This document shows positions 48,016-64,000 of a stretch of DNA of 64,000 bases, piece by piece. Origin of the DNA: Eledone cirrhosa (lineage: Eukaryota). The notes beneath the pieces are model-generated. The model worked only from the letters and a program-made list of their open reading frames with translations. It was not told the DNA's origin and did not search any database. The position numbers and the translations under genes were made by a program. The number at the start of each line of letters is the position of its first letter. Within the stretch, counting starts at the first letter, position 1. Location of the stretch: NCBI GenBank assembly GCA_964016885.1, contig OZ024746.1, forward strand, positions 26,598,001 through 26,662,000, read 5' to 3'.

Positions 48016-49795
48016 TCAAGATTTGTAAGCCGTATATTTAGTTTGACTTAGTACAATATTTCTATGAGTGAACTACTTGAGTGTCTGGTTGATGTGTTAA
48101 TGTTACTACAATAGAAATAATTACCTATAGGAAAATAATAATAGTATGGCACAGTTCATTACTGGTATCTTTGGATCAACACATCTATCAACAAATCTAC
48201 CAACTAATCTATCAGATGTCACGATAAATCTCTGGTCAAAATATTTACCATTAATCACTTGTTTGTACACTTCTCTTTTATTTTAAACCTATTCATCGTG
48301 TTGGAGTTCTTCAGGTTGGTTCCTTCCAATCCTTTGGAACACATAATAATTGATTGTGTACACCTGTCTTCAGAGAATCTTGCAACAATTTAGTAATCAC
48401 AATTCAATATATATATATATATATATAGTGACGAAACATAAGTCAATTGCATGAACTCATAATCCTTTATTTACTGCTATATATATTTCGATGATAGCCA
48501 TTGAATGGCTATGACCTCATCGGGCAGTTAGTCAGTTCTTAGATATGCCAGCTCTGTGTTTATAGTGTTGATGGTATCAGAGCCTTGGGACATATATATA
48601 TATGGTAGGGGGGTGTAGGCATGATTCTCATGTTGAATACAGAAAATATGTATGCATCAGTCATGTAATAAGAAATGATACTAATAATTACTCCTGACAG
48701 AAATCTAAGAGAAAACATTCAAGGAAAAAAGGTGTAGCTAATCAAAATGACTTCAGTACATCACAGGTGTTATTTTATTGATTTTCGATGATTTGAAATC
48801 AAACCTTAATGACATAACTAATTAACGTGAATCTAACATCTAACCTAATGATAATTGTTTATATTAATATCATTTTTTGCATAGACACAATAGCACAAAG
48901 CATAATCTATTATATCTATTTTGGTACAATATGCTATATTATCTATTATATCTATTTTGGTACAGTATGCTATATTATGTTCTCGTCATTATTATTGTTT
49001 GTGTCATGGCTTCAGTTTATGGTTTCTATGGCTTTAGTTTATGGTTTTTTTCATCAGAATCCGGCATATTTGGGGACAAATCAGTGTCAACCAGGACACA
49101 TTAATAAGCCGGATGGAATAACGTGACTGATCATACAAACTGAGGTAATCCCGGCCACAACAGGAAATACAGTCTGTCTATCCACATACATTTATACATA
49201 TAAACTGATCTCCATTCCTTTTACTGTAACACAACTAATATGTGGCTGGGTACTAATGTTAAACATTACTATTATTATTCGGATCCGGCTATCAGCTGAG
49301 TTTATCATAAAGACTGCCCCACCGCCCTTTTTAACCAGGAACGGTAGGCAGTTTTTATCTGCCTAATGGCCATGGTGATAGAGATCATATGTTTTTAGGA
49401 TTCACTTGAAAAGGAAAATCGGGGTGGAGAGGGAAGTGTTGATTTCCAGCCAGTTTATTGAAAGATGGGTGAGAGATGTAATAATGGCCCGTGTGAATGT
49501 GTCTGCCCTGAGCGTGTGCCTGTAGTACTGAAGGAAGACAATGCTTGCCTTAACAGTCTGGGTGACCTTGGCTTATGTAGGCTTTCTCCACATGTAACCA
49601 TTGGAGTCTCCTCGCCTTTGGGGATTTATGTTTGTTGTTTTAAATGTTTATTGCTTTAATATCTGTTATAAATATTATTTTACACAAAAAAATCTACAAG
49701 AAAGCATTTGGGAGTACCGGTAGAGCGTAGAGTTAAGTCCCTTTACATTCTGAGTTCAATAATAAGTATGTGTGTGTGCGGGTGGGTGTGTGTGT

Positions 49796-49827
<32 letters not shown>

Positions 49828-50519
49828 CTGTGTGTGTGTGAATAAACAACCAGGATTAAATTAAATCATTTAATATTTTACGAATGATACATAAAAGAAA
49901 AGAATGAAACTAAATGTAGTTAAAATAGATGTTGATAAATGTAAAAGTTGGTGTTTACAAATGTTTAATTGTTCTTTTCAAGTGGCTTGGGAAATACACT
50001 ATTGAGGCAATAATTTCTTCGTTATTTTGATAGATAGATTTATTTATTTTGATAGATAGTAACCGGATACTACTAATAAACTTACATTAATATATTGCCA
50101 TTTATACATAATCAATCATTAATTAATACACATTGTCTTCAATTAACAAAGTATTTATGACAAACTTATAAAATATGCAATATTTGAAAATATCGGATTG
50201 AAAATATGTAAAAATATAGCCCCGACATAAAATTTTATGAGGAACATCAAATTAAGCCCTGTACTTAATCAGCCATTAAATTTATTCTTCTCAATATTTT
50301 ACTAAACTTTTAGACACATTCAATTTTTTCCAAACATCAGTTGTTAAAATGTTACCCAAACACACATGGTACTGTTTCGAAAATGACTTTTGAATTATAT
50401 TTGTATACACAGATAATTCAGACTTTACAAAATAAAGTGTTCAAAAACTATTTTTTTTTTTACTTTCTCTCTCTCATACTCTCACTCTCGACACAAACAC
50501 ATACATTCATGCAGACACA

Positions 50520-50680
<161 letters not shown>

Positions 50681-50860
50681 TAAGATCAAAAGATGGTTAA
50701 ATGTGTTCCATGTATTTTATTATGCGCATTTCAAAGACAAATATCATCATGCAATAACATTTGTGTTTTCATCAGATAAAATAGGAGGACATGATATGCA
50801 GGTTAAAAACACTTGTGGATAGTGCAGTTCTAATATCGTACTACAATAAAACTCACCTCC

Positions 50861-50938
<78 letters not shown>

Positions 50939-50974
50939 TTTACATATATATATTTATATATATATATATACATT

Positions 50975-51033
<59 letters not shown>

Positions 51034-51642
51034 TAAAACCCAGATAGACCATAACCCACCAGAGTACTTGATATTTGGGGTAGTAGAGTGGGTGACATAA
51101 AAAGATTCAGGACCCCGACGGCTGAACTCCGGCCGGTTCGACAGCTAGATCAAAACTAAAGCGCCAGTAGTCGTGATTAAGGAAGTGATTTTTATACCGG
51201 CTCTCTCACATACCCACATATCTCCAGGATTCGTTTCTTGATATTGATTCAATGAAGAGACATCAGATCGTAAATTATCGCTGGGTTGATGCATTTTTGA
51301 TCCTGCGGTCATGACTCCGATTATTTACAAGAACATTCAATTTACCAATTCATTTACTTCGGCACAGGTTGAAAGAGTTGTCCCTCCGGCCCACGAAACG
51401 TACGACTCTCGTATGGCGCCATTGTAGTAACAATAAATGTAGAAGAACAGATGTAGGCTTCAATAGATTTTGCTTTTGATATTTATACGGAAATATATTT
51501 AATGAAATAAGTCGACCGAATTCAACTTAACCACAGTGACAAATACCAAAATATAGAGACCTGCAAAATTCTCATAAACATTTTCTCAAAATAAAATAGT
51601 TTCAAAGTTCAATTTACCTGCCATAGCTTCTCACACACACAC

Positions 51643-51697
<55 letters not shown>

Positions 51698-51862
51698 TGG
51701 AAAGTTATATTTAAATTGTTGGGTTACAACTACTAAATATTAATAACTGATATAAAAGCACTCGACAAGTATTTGGAGTATATTTACGATATTAAATAAA
51801 TGGAAACTATATTTATAAAACCGGTATGTCAAATCTATTTATCTATAAAACTGTTTATATTG

Positions 51863-51928
51863 TATTTTGTCTGAGGAAGGCATAGCATATTGTTAATATG
51901 ATATCCCTGAAATATATATAATGAAATA
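51863..51928 (+). ncRNA. Minimal type I hammerhead ribozyme in the 5' pLTR
   Basis: Stem I uauuuugu/augaaaua; core CUGAGGA (51871); stem II AGGcAUAgCAUAUU-guu-AAUAUGaUAUcCCU; GAAA (51909); palindromic UAUAU stem III; AUA cleavage triplet ending at 51920. Confidence 0.8.
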
Positions 51929-52106
51929 AATATGGTTTTATAAATATAGTTTCCATTTATTTAATATCGTAAATATACTCCAAATACTTGTCGAGTGCTT
52001 TTATATCAGTTATTAATATTTACTAGTTGTAACCCAACAATTTAAATATAACTTTCCATGTATCTTGCTCCAATACTGTTGAGCGCTTTATATTATAACT
52101 GAAAAG

Positions 52107-54320
52107 ATGGAATTCTTTAAGATTACTTCCTCTTTAAAAGACATACCTCTACCTAGAAACAAAGACTTTATAAAACAATTAATAGATAAATCTGACTCTT
52201 TTATAAGGAGAATCAGGTGGCGAGCATTCCACTTTGATAAATCTAATATAAATGAAAATGTCTCGGACTTAAACAAAGTTTTCAAATCTAAAAGAAATCC
52301 ACCCCCTAACAAACTTTTATCTGACTTTGAAAACGATATAATTTCTATCATACAAGGGGTCAAATTCAAGAGAAACTTCAAAGGCCAGGAATATCTGAAA
52401 GCCATTAAGGATAATATTGAGAGCTTAGAGAAAACTGAGAAGATCTTGGTGAAATCTGACAAGACCAACAACCTCTATGGAGTGCAGAAAGACATGTATA
52501 ATGGCCTCATACTGAAGGAACTGAGGAAAAAGTACAAGGTAGCAGATAAGGCCGAGCTTGAGAAAATGAATGTCGAAGCATCTTGTATAATGCACGAGTT
52601 GGAAATTGAGAACAGAACACAACCTTTCGTGCCCAGGAAACCGAAGATCAATATGAAAGATCACAAGAGGAATTTTGAAAATGACTTGCCAGTTAGATTG
52701 ATCGCACCATCAAAATCGGACCTGGGCAAATTAAGCAAAAACATTCTTGACAGGGTGATACAGCAAATTAAGAACTTGGATTGTTTATCTAACCTGAGCT
52801 TGTGGAAGGGAACTGGAGAGGTTGTTGAGTGGTTTAAGCAAATTAAATATAACAATAATAATAAGTTTATTCAACTTGATATTGCTAACTATTATTCTTC
52901 TATTACCCCTAATCTACTAAATAAGGCACTAAATTACGCATTCAAACATACAGACCTAACTAGCAATGAAATGCATATTATATTATCGGCTAGGAAAACA
53001 TTGATAGAATTTAATGACCAACTATGGACCAGAGCAGATAGAGATAGCAATTTTGACATTACTATGGGATCATCCGACTCAGCTCAGGTAACTGACCTTG
53101 TGGGCTTATTTTTAATCAATTCGCTACATAGGAAAATACCTGGTACTACCGGAGGTTTATATAAAGATGACATGCTTTTACTTATTGATAATAATAACTC
53201 TGAACTAAATAGAAAATGTAAACAAATTACACAATTTTTTAATTACTTTAATCTTAAAATAGAAATTGAGAACAACCATAGAATAGTCAATTTCCTAGAT
53301 ATAACATTAAATCTCAACACATGTCTTCACTATCCTTTTCACAAGTTGAATGAAAACTTAAACTATGTCAGCTTTAACTCTAACCACCCCAGATCTGTCA
53401 AAAACACTATAGTAAACTCTGTTCAAAAACGTATCTCTAGAATCTCGTCTAATAGAAAGATTTTCGACGAAAAAGCCCAGTACTACAATGAAGCGTTAGC
53501 TAGAGCAGGATATACTGATAAGATTAGTTTCATAGATAATGATAGACAAACTAAACAAAATAACAACTATTTTAATTACGGCAACAACCTTAACAACTAT
53601 AATAGAAAGCATTACAATAATTCCAAGGGCCAAAAAAGAAATAGAACTAGGAACATAATTTGGTTTGCCCCCCCTTTCTCACTAAACATTAAAACCCACA
53701 TCGCTAAACTATTTTTTAAAGCTCTTGATAATCGCTTCCCTAGAACACATAGGTATCACTCAATTTTCAATAGACATACTATAAAATTAACCTACTCATC
53801 CACCAAAAATTTAGCACAAAATATTAATAGAATAAATAATAGGAACTTAAAACCTAGTGATAATAGCATAAATAATATACAAGTTAACAAATGTAACTGT
53901 AGAGATAGATCTAAATGTCCGTTAAATAACAACTGCTTAGTTAAAAATATAGTATACAATTGTAATGTTAAAACTGATTCTAATTCTTTTAACTACGTCG
54001 GTTCCACATCGACGGAATTTAAACTTCGCTATAATAACCACAAGAATTCTTTCACAGATCCAAGCAAAAAATCTTCAACGGCACTATCAGGCGTACTCTG
54101 GCAACTTAAGTTAGATAACGTTAGATATTCGACGGCTTGGAATATAGTCTCAAGAGGGATTCCTTTTAATTCATCCTCTGAGACATGTGACCTCTGCGCA
54201 GAGGAGATATTCTTTATACTAAAATCTAAAAATTCCCTTAATCTACGGACAAATTTATTCAGTTGCTGCAAACATAGATTAAACTCAACTTTTAAATATA
54301 AATTTAAATTTAAAATGTAG
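52107..54320 (+). CDS. Penelope-like reverse transcriptase plus C-terminal GIY-YIG endonuclease, 737 aa (probably Naiad clade)
   Basis: RT motifs LDIANYYSSI, MGSSDSAQVTDLVG, LYKDD, VNFLDITL. Linker CNCx5Cx5C. Endonuclease motifs IVYNC..YVGST..FKLRYNNH and CDLC..E..LN.R..CKH. No internal stops. Confidence 0.93.
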   Translation: MEFFKITSSLKDIPLPRNKDFIKQLIDKSDSFIRRIRWRAFHFDKSNINENVSDLNKVFKSKRNPPPNKLLSDFENDIISIIQGVKFKRNFKGQEYLKAIKDNIESLEKTEKILVKSDKTNNLYGVQKDMYNGLILKELRKKYKVADKAELEKMNVEASCIMHELEIENRTQPFVPRKPKINMKDHKRNFENDLPVRLIAPSKSDLGKLSKNILDRVIQQIKNLDCLSNLSLWKGTGEVVEWFKQIKYNNNNKFIQLDIANYYSSITPNLLNKALNYAFKHTDLTSNEMHIILSARKTLIEFNDQLWTRADRDSNFDITMGSSDSAQVTDLVGLFLINSLHRKIPGTTGGLYKDDMLLLIDNNNSELNRKCKQITQFFNYFNLKIEIENNHRIVNFLDITLNLNTCLHYPFHKLNENLNYVSFNSNHPRSVKNTIVNSVQKRISRISSNRKIFDEKAQYYNEALARAGYTDKISFIDNDRQTKQNNNYFNYGNNLNNYNRKHYNNSKGQKRNRTRNIIWFAPPFSLNIKTHIAKLFFKALDNRFPRTHRYHSIFNRHTIKLTYSSTKNLAQNINRINNRNLKPSDNSINNIQVNKCNCRDRSKCPLNNNCLVKNIVYNCNVKTDSNSFNYVGSTSTEFKLRYNNHKNSFTDPSKKSSTALSGVLWQLKLDNVRYSTAWNIVSRGIPFNSSSETCDLCAEEIFFILKSKNSLNLRTNLFSCCKHRLNSTFKYKFKFKM

Positions 54321-54764
54321 TATATTTAGTTTGATTTATAATTATTTGGGAAACTAGCCGATAAATCTTTCGATTTCTTCTTTTTATTCTTCTTTTTATT
54401 TTTATTTTTATTTTTATTTAAACATTCTTCATGAAAAATTAAACTACCCTAAAAGTTGATGCTCCAAATATTTCGAATAAACGTTACACTAGATAAACTT
54501 CTATATTAAATATAAGAACACATGTAGACCAAATGGCATCCTAAACTTTTTGAAATGATTTTTGCTAGATGCGATTTGATAAATAATTTTTAGCTTTATC
54601 TGTTTTCGACTCTGATGCTTATAATGAACTTGGCAATATATTGTCAATTAATTTTGAAGGGTTGATCTTTGTGGTTTATTTTTATTATTGTAGTATTTTC
54701 TAATATTTTTATTTTTAATATGTAATATTTTTTCGTAATATTTTTTAGTTTTCTATTTTATTAT

Positions 54765-54797
<33 letters not shown>

Positions 54798-55657
54798 GTT
54801 GTTTTTTGGTTTTTGTTTCTGATATATTTTTTATTAATATATTGAAATCTGCTCCCTATTTCTGCATGATAGATAATCTTGTAGAGTAAAGACAAGAATA
54901 GTAGTAATATAGACTCTATATATATATGTGTATATATATACACATATGTGTATACTTAAATTTTTATAGCACAATGAGAATGTTTTCCGTATGAACTTAG
55001 GGTTTGCAGAGTTGATCATGTAAATTCACATCGATGTTTGTAGTTATCATATAAACATATGAATTTTTTTAAAACTAAACATAAGATCATTACTTTTCAC
55101 ACATTATGGATACGTGTCTCATTCAGGAATACTGATATTTTCAATAGAGTGCCTGGTTTTTATACATATTAATACTTCTACATTAAAACATAGGGTTTTT
55201 ATGCCTCGCCTATGTCTGGTTACTTTTCATTTTTCTCTCTATATAACAGCTGGTTTCTCTCCTAACCACATATATCTCCCTTACATTAATACTAGAGCTA
55301 AATAAATAAATAAATAAATAAATGTATCATTGATACGTTTACTCAACGGATGTCCAACTACATATTTTTCTATATATATATCTATCTCTATCTATTTCCT
55401 CTCTCTATATATATCTCTCTCTGTTTCTTTACATGAAGTTCTTCTTTTTATCTATCTTTCCATCTCTCTATTTTGTTCCATGCATTTCTTCTTTTTCTTC
55501 TTTTTCTTCGTTTTCTGTCTTTCTTTCCTTTTTTTTTTTTTTTTCTCTATTTCTTTCTCTCTGTTTACAATTTTTTCACTGCCAATTCAACTTTTCAAAT
55601 ACAAGTCGATGTTGCACGGTATGTCAAATCTATTTATCTATAAAACTGTTTATATTG

Positions 55658-55723
55658 TATTTTGTCTGAGGAAGGCATAGCATATTGTTAATATGATATC
55701 CCTGAAATATATATAATGAAATA
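55658..55723 (+). ncRNA. Identical hammerhead ribozyme in the 3' pLTR
   Basis: Exact copy of 51863-51928 (CUGAGGA at 55666, GAAA at 55704). Confidence 0.8.
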
Positions 55724-55771
55724 AATATGGTTTTATAAATATAGTTTCCATTTATTTAATATCGTATATAT

Positions 55772-56557
<786 letters not shown>

Positions 56558-59500
56558 GTAATACCCTCAGCGCCCCCAATCCTATTTCCAGAGAGACCTG
56601 CCTACACGCAAATTGTAAATAATATATAACAAATAAAATAGTTAATTTTTATATAATAAAATAATGTAATATATTCTATGTAAAAATAAATATTATATAT
56701 TTTATATTTTACTATATTGATATATAATATTGTTATACTTGGGGAGGGTCATATTTGTGTAATATTGCCAGAATTAATAATAGAACACACTTACTGTTGG
56801 GTTGGTTTTCGCTTTTCACTTCTGTGTCTTTTATATCGGTAATCTAATTTATTCGGTCCTCAATGTTGCCATTCACTGCCCAACGGTCAAAAATAATACA
56901 GATACAATATAGACACAAACACATATATATAGTTTATCAAAGTTCTTTCGTTGTACATCTTTAACATCGTCAGTGGTGCTATTGTTTCCTCCCGTTACAT
57001 TCTATTTTCTACGCCATCTTCATTTAGTCTGTTTATATATTTATTTATTTGTTTATTTTATTTTGACTTCTTTGCGCATGCGTTTGCGTGTGTGTATAGT
57101 GTTTTGTTTGATGTGTGTTCGTGATTGGGTGACTGTGTATTGGTTAATGTATTCTATCTTTACTAGTGTGTGTTTATATGTGTTTGTTGTTATTGTTGTC
57201 TATGTTACCGTCGTGTTGTCTGGCATGTTCGTATAGTACTGACCCGTTTTTTCGTCCTTTTAGTTCCCCCAGTGTTGGTCTATCCTTTCACCTGTGCTAC
57301 GAGCTGTCTCTCCTATGTATGTTGCTGTCATGTTTCTGCAAGTACCCTCTGTACATCTTATGCTATAGACTACGTTTCTAGTTTTACAATTTATCCGTAT
57401 AAATTTTATATTTTATATTTTATATTTTATATCTTATATTTTATATTTTATATTTTATATTTTATATTTAATATACTATTATATCATCTCTATCGTCCCC
57501 TTAGGCTGAAGCACCCCAGGACCTTCTCAACGCTCCCGGGGTGGGGGCGTTAGCGTCCACTTTAAGAACCTTTGGTTTATGCGGTGGCATTTTTCCTCTG
57601 GTCAGTTCCCCATAAAATAACCGTTTAGGAAGCCCTTCATCTTCCATCCTGCCCAAATAACCAGCCCAATGCATCTAGCTCATTATAATCCTTATCTCAA
57701 TACTGGTGCTACCCGCTTTTCCGGTACAGCAGTATCAGATGTGTAAGAGGACCACTTGATGTTCAGTAAGCGTGGGATACAAGATAAATCACAATGAGTG
57801 GATTGATGATAATGATGTTGCAATCACCAAGCCTAGTGAAGAGAAAAATAACTTGTATTGAAGTGTCTTGTTGCAGATGGTCCAGTGATGATCGCTTTTG
57901 AGAAGACCTTCAAAGAAACAAAGTCAAAACTGCCATATAAATTTCTAAGAATGAAGAATAAATTATGGTCTGAAGTTTCAGCCGAGATTCAGAAAGATTA
58001 TAACTGCAGAGAATTACAGCACAATAAGTTAAGCTTTTGGCTCAGCGCACTAAAACATGGCACCATTGAAGTAAAGAGATGGGAAAGCCCTCATCAAAGA
58101 GATGGACACAATGAAACTCTAGATTTTGATGGAATACCTGTTGAGCTGATCCGCTTTCGAGGTGACAATGTTGCTATGGCCATTCATAGACTAGTCTCAT
58201 CAGTTTGGCATTGTGGGCCTATCCCGCAAGGCTGGGTAGATGCAATTTTGCTCTTGATTTACAATGGCAAGAGCTCCAAGTTTAAATGCGGTGGTTATCG
58301 TAGTATAAGTCTGCTCGATTCGGAAGGGAATGTTGTATCCAAGGTCTTGCTGAATCGTCTAAATGGATCTGTCCTGGGGCCATCCCTGATAGCCAGGAAC
58401 TAGGCGGAGTACTGTGGACAGGATTTTTGCAGTCCATCAGCTTATGGAGTGCGTTGAGCAGCAAGTGTCAGTGTACAAAGTATTCGTGAACTTTATCAAA
58501 GCCTTTGATACTGTTAATCGTAGTACATTGTGAATCATATTGGGGAAATTTGGATGCCGTCATGAATTTGTTGGAATATGCAAAAAATTCCATCAAAATA
58601 TGAAAACAAAAGTGAACTTCAACGGGACACTTTCAGAGCCAATTTCAATGGCAAACGGTGTCTAGCAAGGTGGCATTCCTGCACCCACTCTGTTTACCAT
58701 CAATGACCATATCTTTCTTAATCGGGTGAAATATTCCCTGGTTACGCGTTCCTTGTCACCGATACCATCATAGGATATATTCTCATCTATCCCTAGGTAT
58801 CTGTAGCAGTTCTTGTCAGATATCGGTGAAACAATTAAGCTATTGATAAAAATGTTGCTAGATTGGCTTGTAGTTTTTCCCCGTTTTACAATCACATATG
58901 AACATTTAGGATAAATTCCATTCCTATATCCTTTGAGAATGCCGTGACCAGGTCAAGATTTTTCTTCATCTCATTTATCTTTTTGGCATAGAGTTTCAGG
59001 TCATCCACAAAGAAATTATCGGTTAGGTTCCTATTTCTCTCCTCCTGGGAACCAATTATGTATCCTTCACATTTCTTGAGCAGAAAGGACAAGGGGTTTA
59101 ATTACAGAATAAATAGTAACACAGAGAGAATATACTCCTGTGATATTATATTTCATCCTTCTCCTCTGTTTTTAACTTTAGGATAGTAGCCCAAGAAGAA
59201 GATAGGTTCTCTATGGCTCTGATAATAGTATCTGGGACTATCATCCAAGAGTGGGGAACAGAACTTTCCTGTAGTCCAGCCAGACTGTAACCACATTCTT
59301 GCTAAGTTGTTGCATCTCTCATTCCAGCTGCTTGCTCATCTGTTATGATGTTATTATTGTCGCAGTGATTTTGGAGAAATAGGTTCAAGCAGGCTGCATA
59401 CATTTTATACATTAGATTCTGGCATGCAACGTGTGGGTAGTTATTTTTTTAATTATAAATGGGTGTCTTTGGGGACCAATATTGTTTGTGTTAATGTCAA

Positions 59501-60681
59501 CACCCCTGGTATATGTGCATTTACCAGGAGGGCTTTCTGGTAGAGGTTGATCATATACATCCGATAGAATGTCAGTTTTTTGTACAAGTAGCCAATAATC
59601 AAGTCTCTTCCTGCTGTTTTATTAGCTTGGGGGTTTCCTATCACAGTCTGAAGGGCATCATCATTTAATCTGTATGGATTTGTTGCAGTGTAGGGGCAGT
59701 AGTTCTTTTACACTTATAGGTGAAACTAGGACCAATACAACCGAATTAAGCTGAGGTAATGGTAATTCAAACAATTTAATTTTAATGATACTTCCAAAAC
59801 TGGCTCCTTGTCTCATTAGAATTAAAACTGCTAGATCAGCAGTAGGAAATATTTTTATGCTGGTATACACGCTTAGAAATTAACTGACATTCAATGAAGC
59901 CACAATTTGAAAAACATATAGTCCCGCTAAAGTTCAAGCCTTTGGAAATATATAATTTCGAATGTAGTTGTTACTTTTCGTAACAATCATAATAAATTGA
60001 ACAGATTAACGTTCAATATAATGAAATCAGCAAGAACGTTCTGCTTCTTTCAGTTGGCAGTAAATATTATTTTGGAAAGTTCGATATAAATATCTCAACC
60101 CTGTGTCAGAGTTTTTTCATGTTTGCCAGACCATAACCAATATTGTTATAGCGAAGTTTATTGTGAAATAAACCTTCAATCATATACTGTATATGATATA
60201 CATTTCAAAGTATATTATATATATAATATGAATACATTACACATTATAATAAATTGTAAACAAACGAAAGTAAGGGTTAAAAAAGTCGAACGTAATATAA
60301 ATTCAATATCTTTAATGTTTCAATAAAAAAAATATAAATATAAAAAGTTTATATAACAAATAATTATCTAAAATATAGATATATATTTTACAGTTCCAGT
60401 TTGGTGTTATCAATAATACCATTTCAGTAGGATTATAAATTTAAAGAAATGATACATAATATTACATAGGATATAAATGTAGAGTTCTCTGTTATATATC
60501 AAGCATTACAGAGAAATTAGATAAAATATTCATATTTTTAGAAAATATATTTACAAAATTACAACAGTATTGTTGAGAATTGAAGCTGAAACACTTCTAC
60601 ATATTTATAACGATACACTTGTATCTGAGTGTCTAACTGACAGGGGTACCAAGGAATATTATAGATTGAGCATTAGATATT

Positions 60682-63053
<2,372 letters not shown>

Positions 63054-64000
63054 GTTGATCTTTTATAAATTTGTTAGAGGAAATATAAGTTAATGTGAGA
63101 CGTCAGTAAATTTGCTTTGTACTCTTTTGAATACAATTAATAAATGATAGTCAATAGAATTATAATGTGACTTTATATACTTACCAGTGAAACTTATATA
63201 TTTGGAAATACCGTTGATATATATTGAAGATGGAGAATTTGAAAGTTCCCAACATCCATAGTTTACTATTTAGATGAGAATAGATTTACTTTCAGTTGTA
63301 GAGACCGGCGTATCTATTTATAATCCCAATTTTAGTAGGAGAGATAAAAGTAGAGGGGGAGAAAGACGGAGTGAGAGAATGGTGAAAGAAAAAAATAGAA
63401 AATTAAGTGAGAGGGAGAGGGGGAGAGAGAGGCGGCGGGAGAGAGTGAAAGTAATATGTAGGATGGAGGACGTGTGAGTGGAGGGAGGAGGAGAGAGTAG
63501 TTAATTGTAACAATGAATAACTATTTTTATCTTAATTTTAGGTCAAAAGTCTATTTTACTTTATTTCATTGATGGGAAACATTTATTTCGTAGAAGTGTC
63601 ATTTTAAACATTTAGAATCACACACAAACACAAATCTTGGTTTTATATATATTATGTTTCTCTCAGTGCCAAAACTTCCAACAAAGATTTTGATGCTAAG
63701 AAGTAAATGCTATTTATGTTAAAAGATTTGTGTTTTTCATATTGTAATATTTTCAATCTCTTCCATAACCTCCGCTGAGAAAATACCACAATTCTTGGAA
63801 TATGCAACACTTTCATTATGAAACATAAGACGGAAGTGTTACAATACATGTGACCTCCTACACAGCATCACACTGTCATAGTAATAGTAAAATATATGTC
63901 AGTTTCCATAAACGCTGAAACATAACCGAAAGTAAACAATTATCATTTAGTAAATATAGAATATTAAAGAGGTTATATTTTATATTACGTGCATGTGGTT

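Larger units (their letters stand above)
51697..55766 (+). mobile_element. Penelope-like retroelement, apparently full length, with a 5' inverted pLTR segment and ~150-bp direct terminal repeats, inserted in (TA)n
   Basis: RT + GIY-YIG ORF. Direct repeat 51822-51971 = 55617-55766. Inverted repeat 51697-51822 vs 51934-52059. (TA)n on both flanks. Confidence 0.93.

Noticed and set aside
52107-54320. Selenocysteine recoding reported for some Naiad elements
   Set aside because: The ORF has no in-frame TGA.

Overview
AT-rich eukaryotic DNA, probably cephalopod/octopus. That guess rests on a SINE fragment and LINE types recognised from memory. The window is five head-to-tail copies of a ~12-kb unit starting at 1, 12082, 24129, 36829 and 48739; the last is incomplete. 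Each unit carries an intact minus-strand 5-exon gene that the ORF track misses. It splices by GT-AG junctions into a 240-aa secreted protein: signal peptide, six mature Cys, four predicted amphipathic helices, intron phases 1-0-0-0 and only 4 coding nt in exon 1. This matches the gene architecture of long-chain four-helix (IL-6/IL-11/G-CSF/GH type) cytokines, so this may be an undescribed, tandemly amplified invertebrate helical cytokine. Each unit also holds an inverted, internally deleted pseudocopy of the gene, an upstream 26-bp minisatellite of variable length with RUNX- and kB-like words, and relics of Tx1-, RTE-, R4- and Neptune/Penelope-type retroelements. Unit 5 alone has a 4.57-kb extra segment with an intact Penelope-like element (RT + GIY-YIG, probably Naiad type) whose terminal repeats contain hammerhead ribozymes. 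Copy-specific indels show the units are mosaics of older variants.
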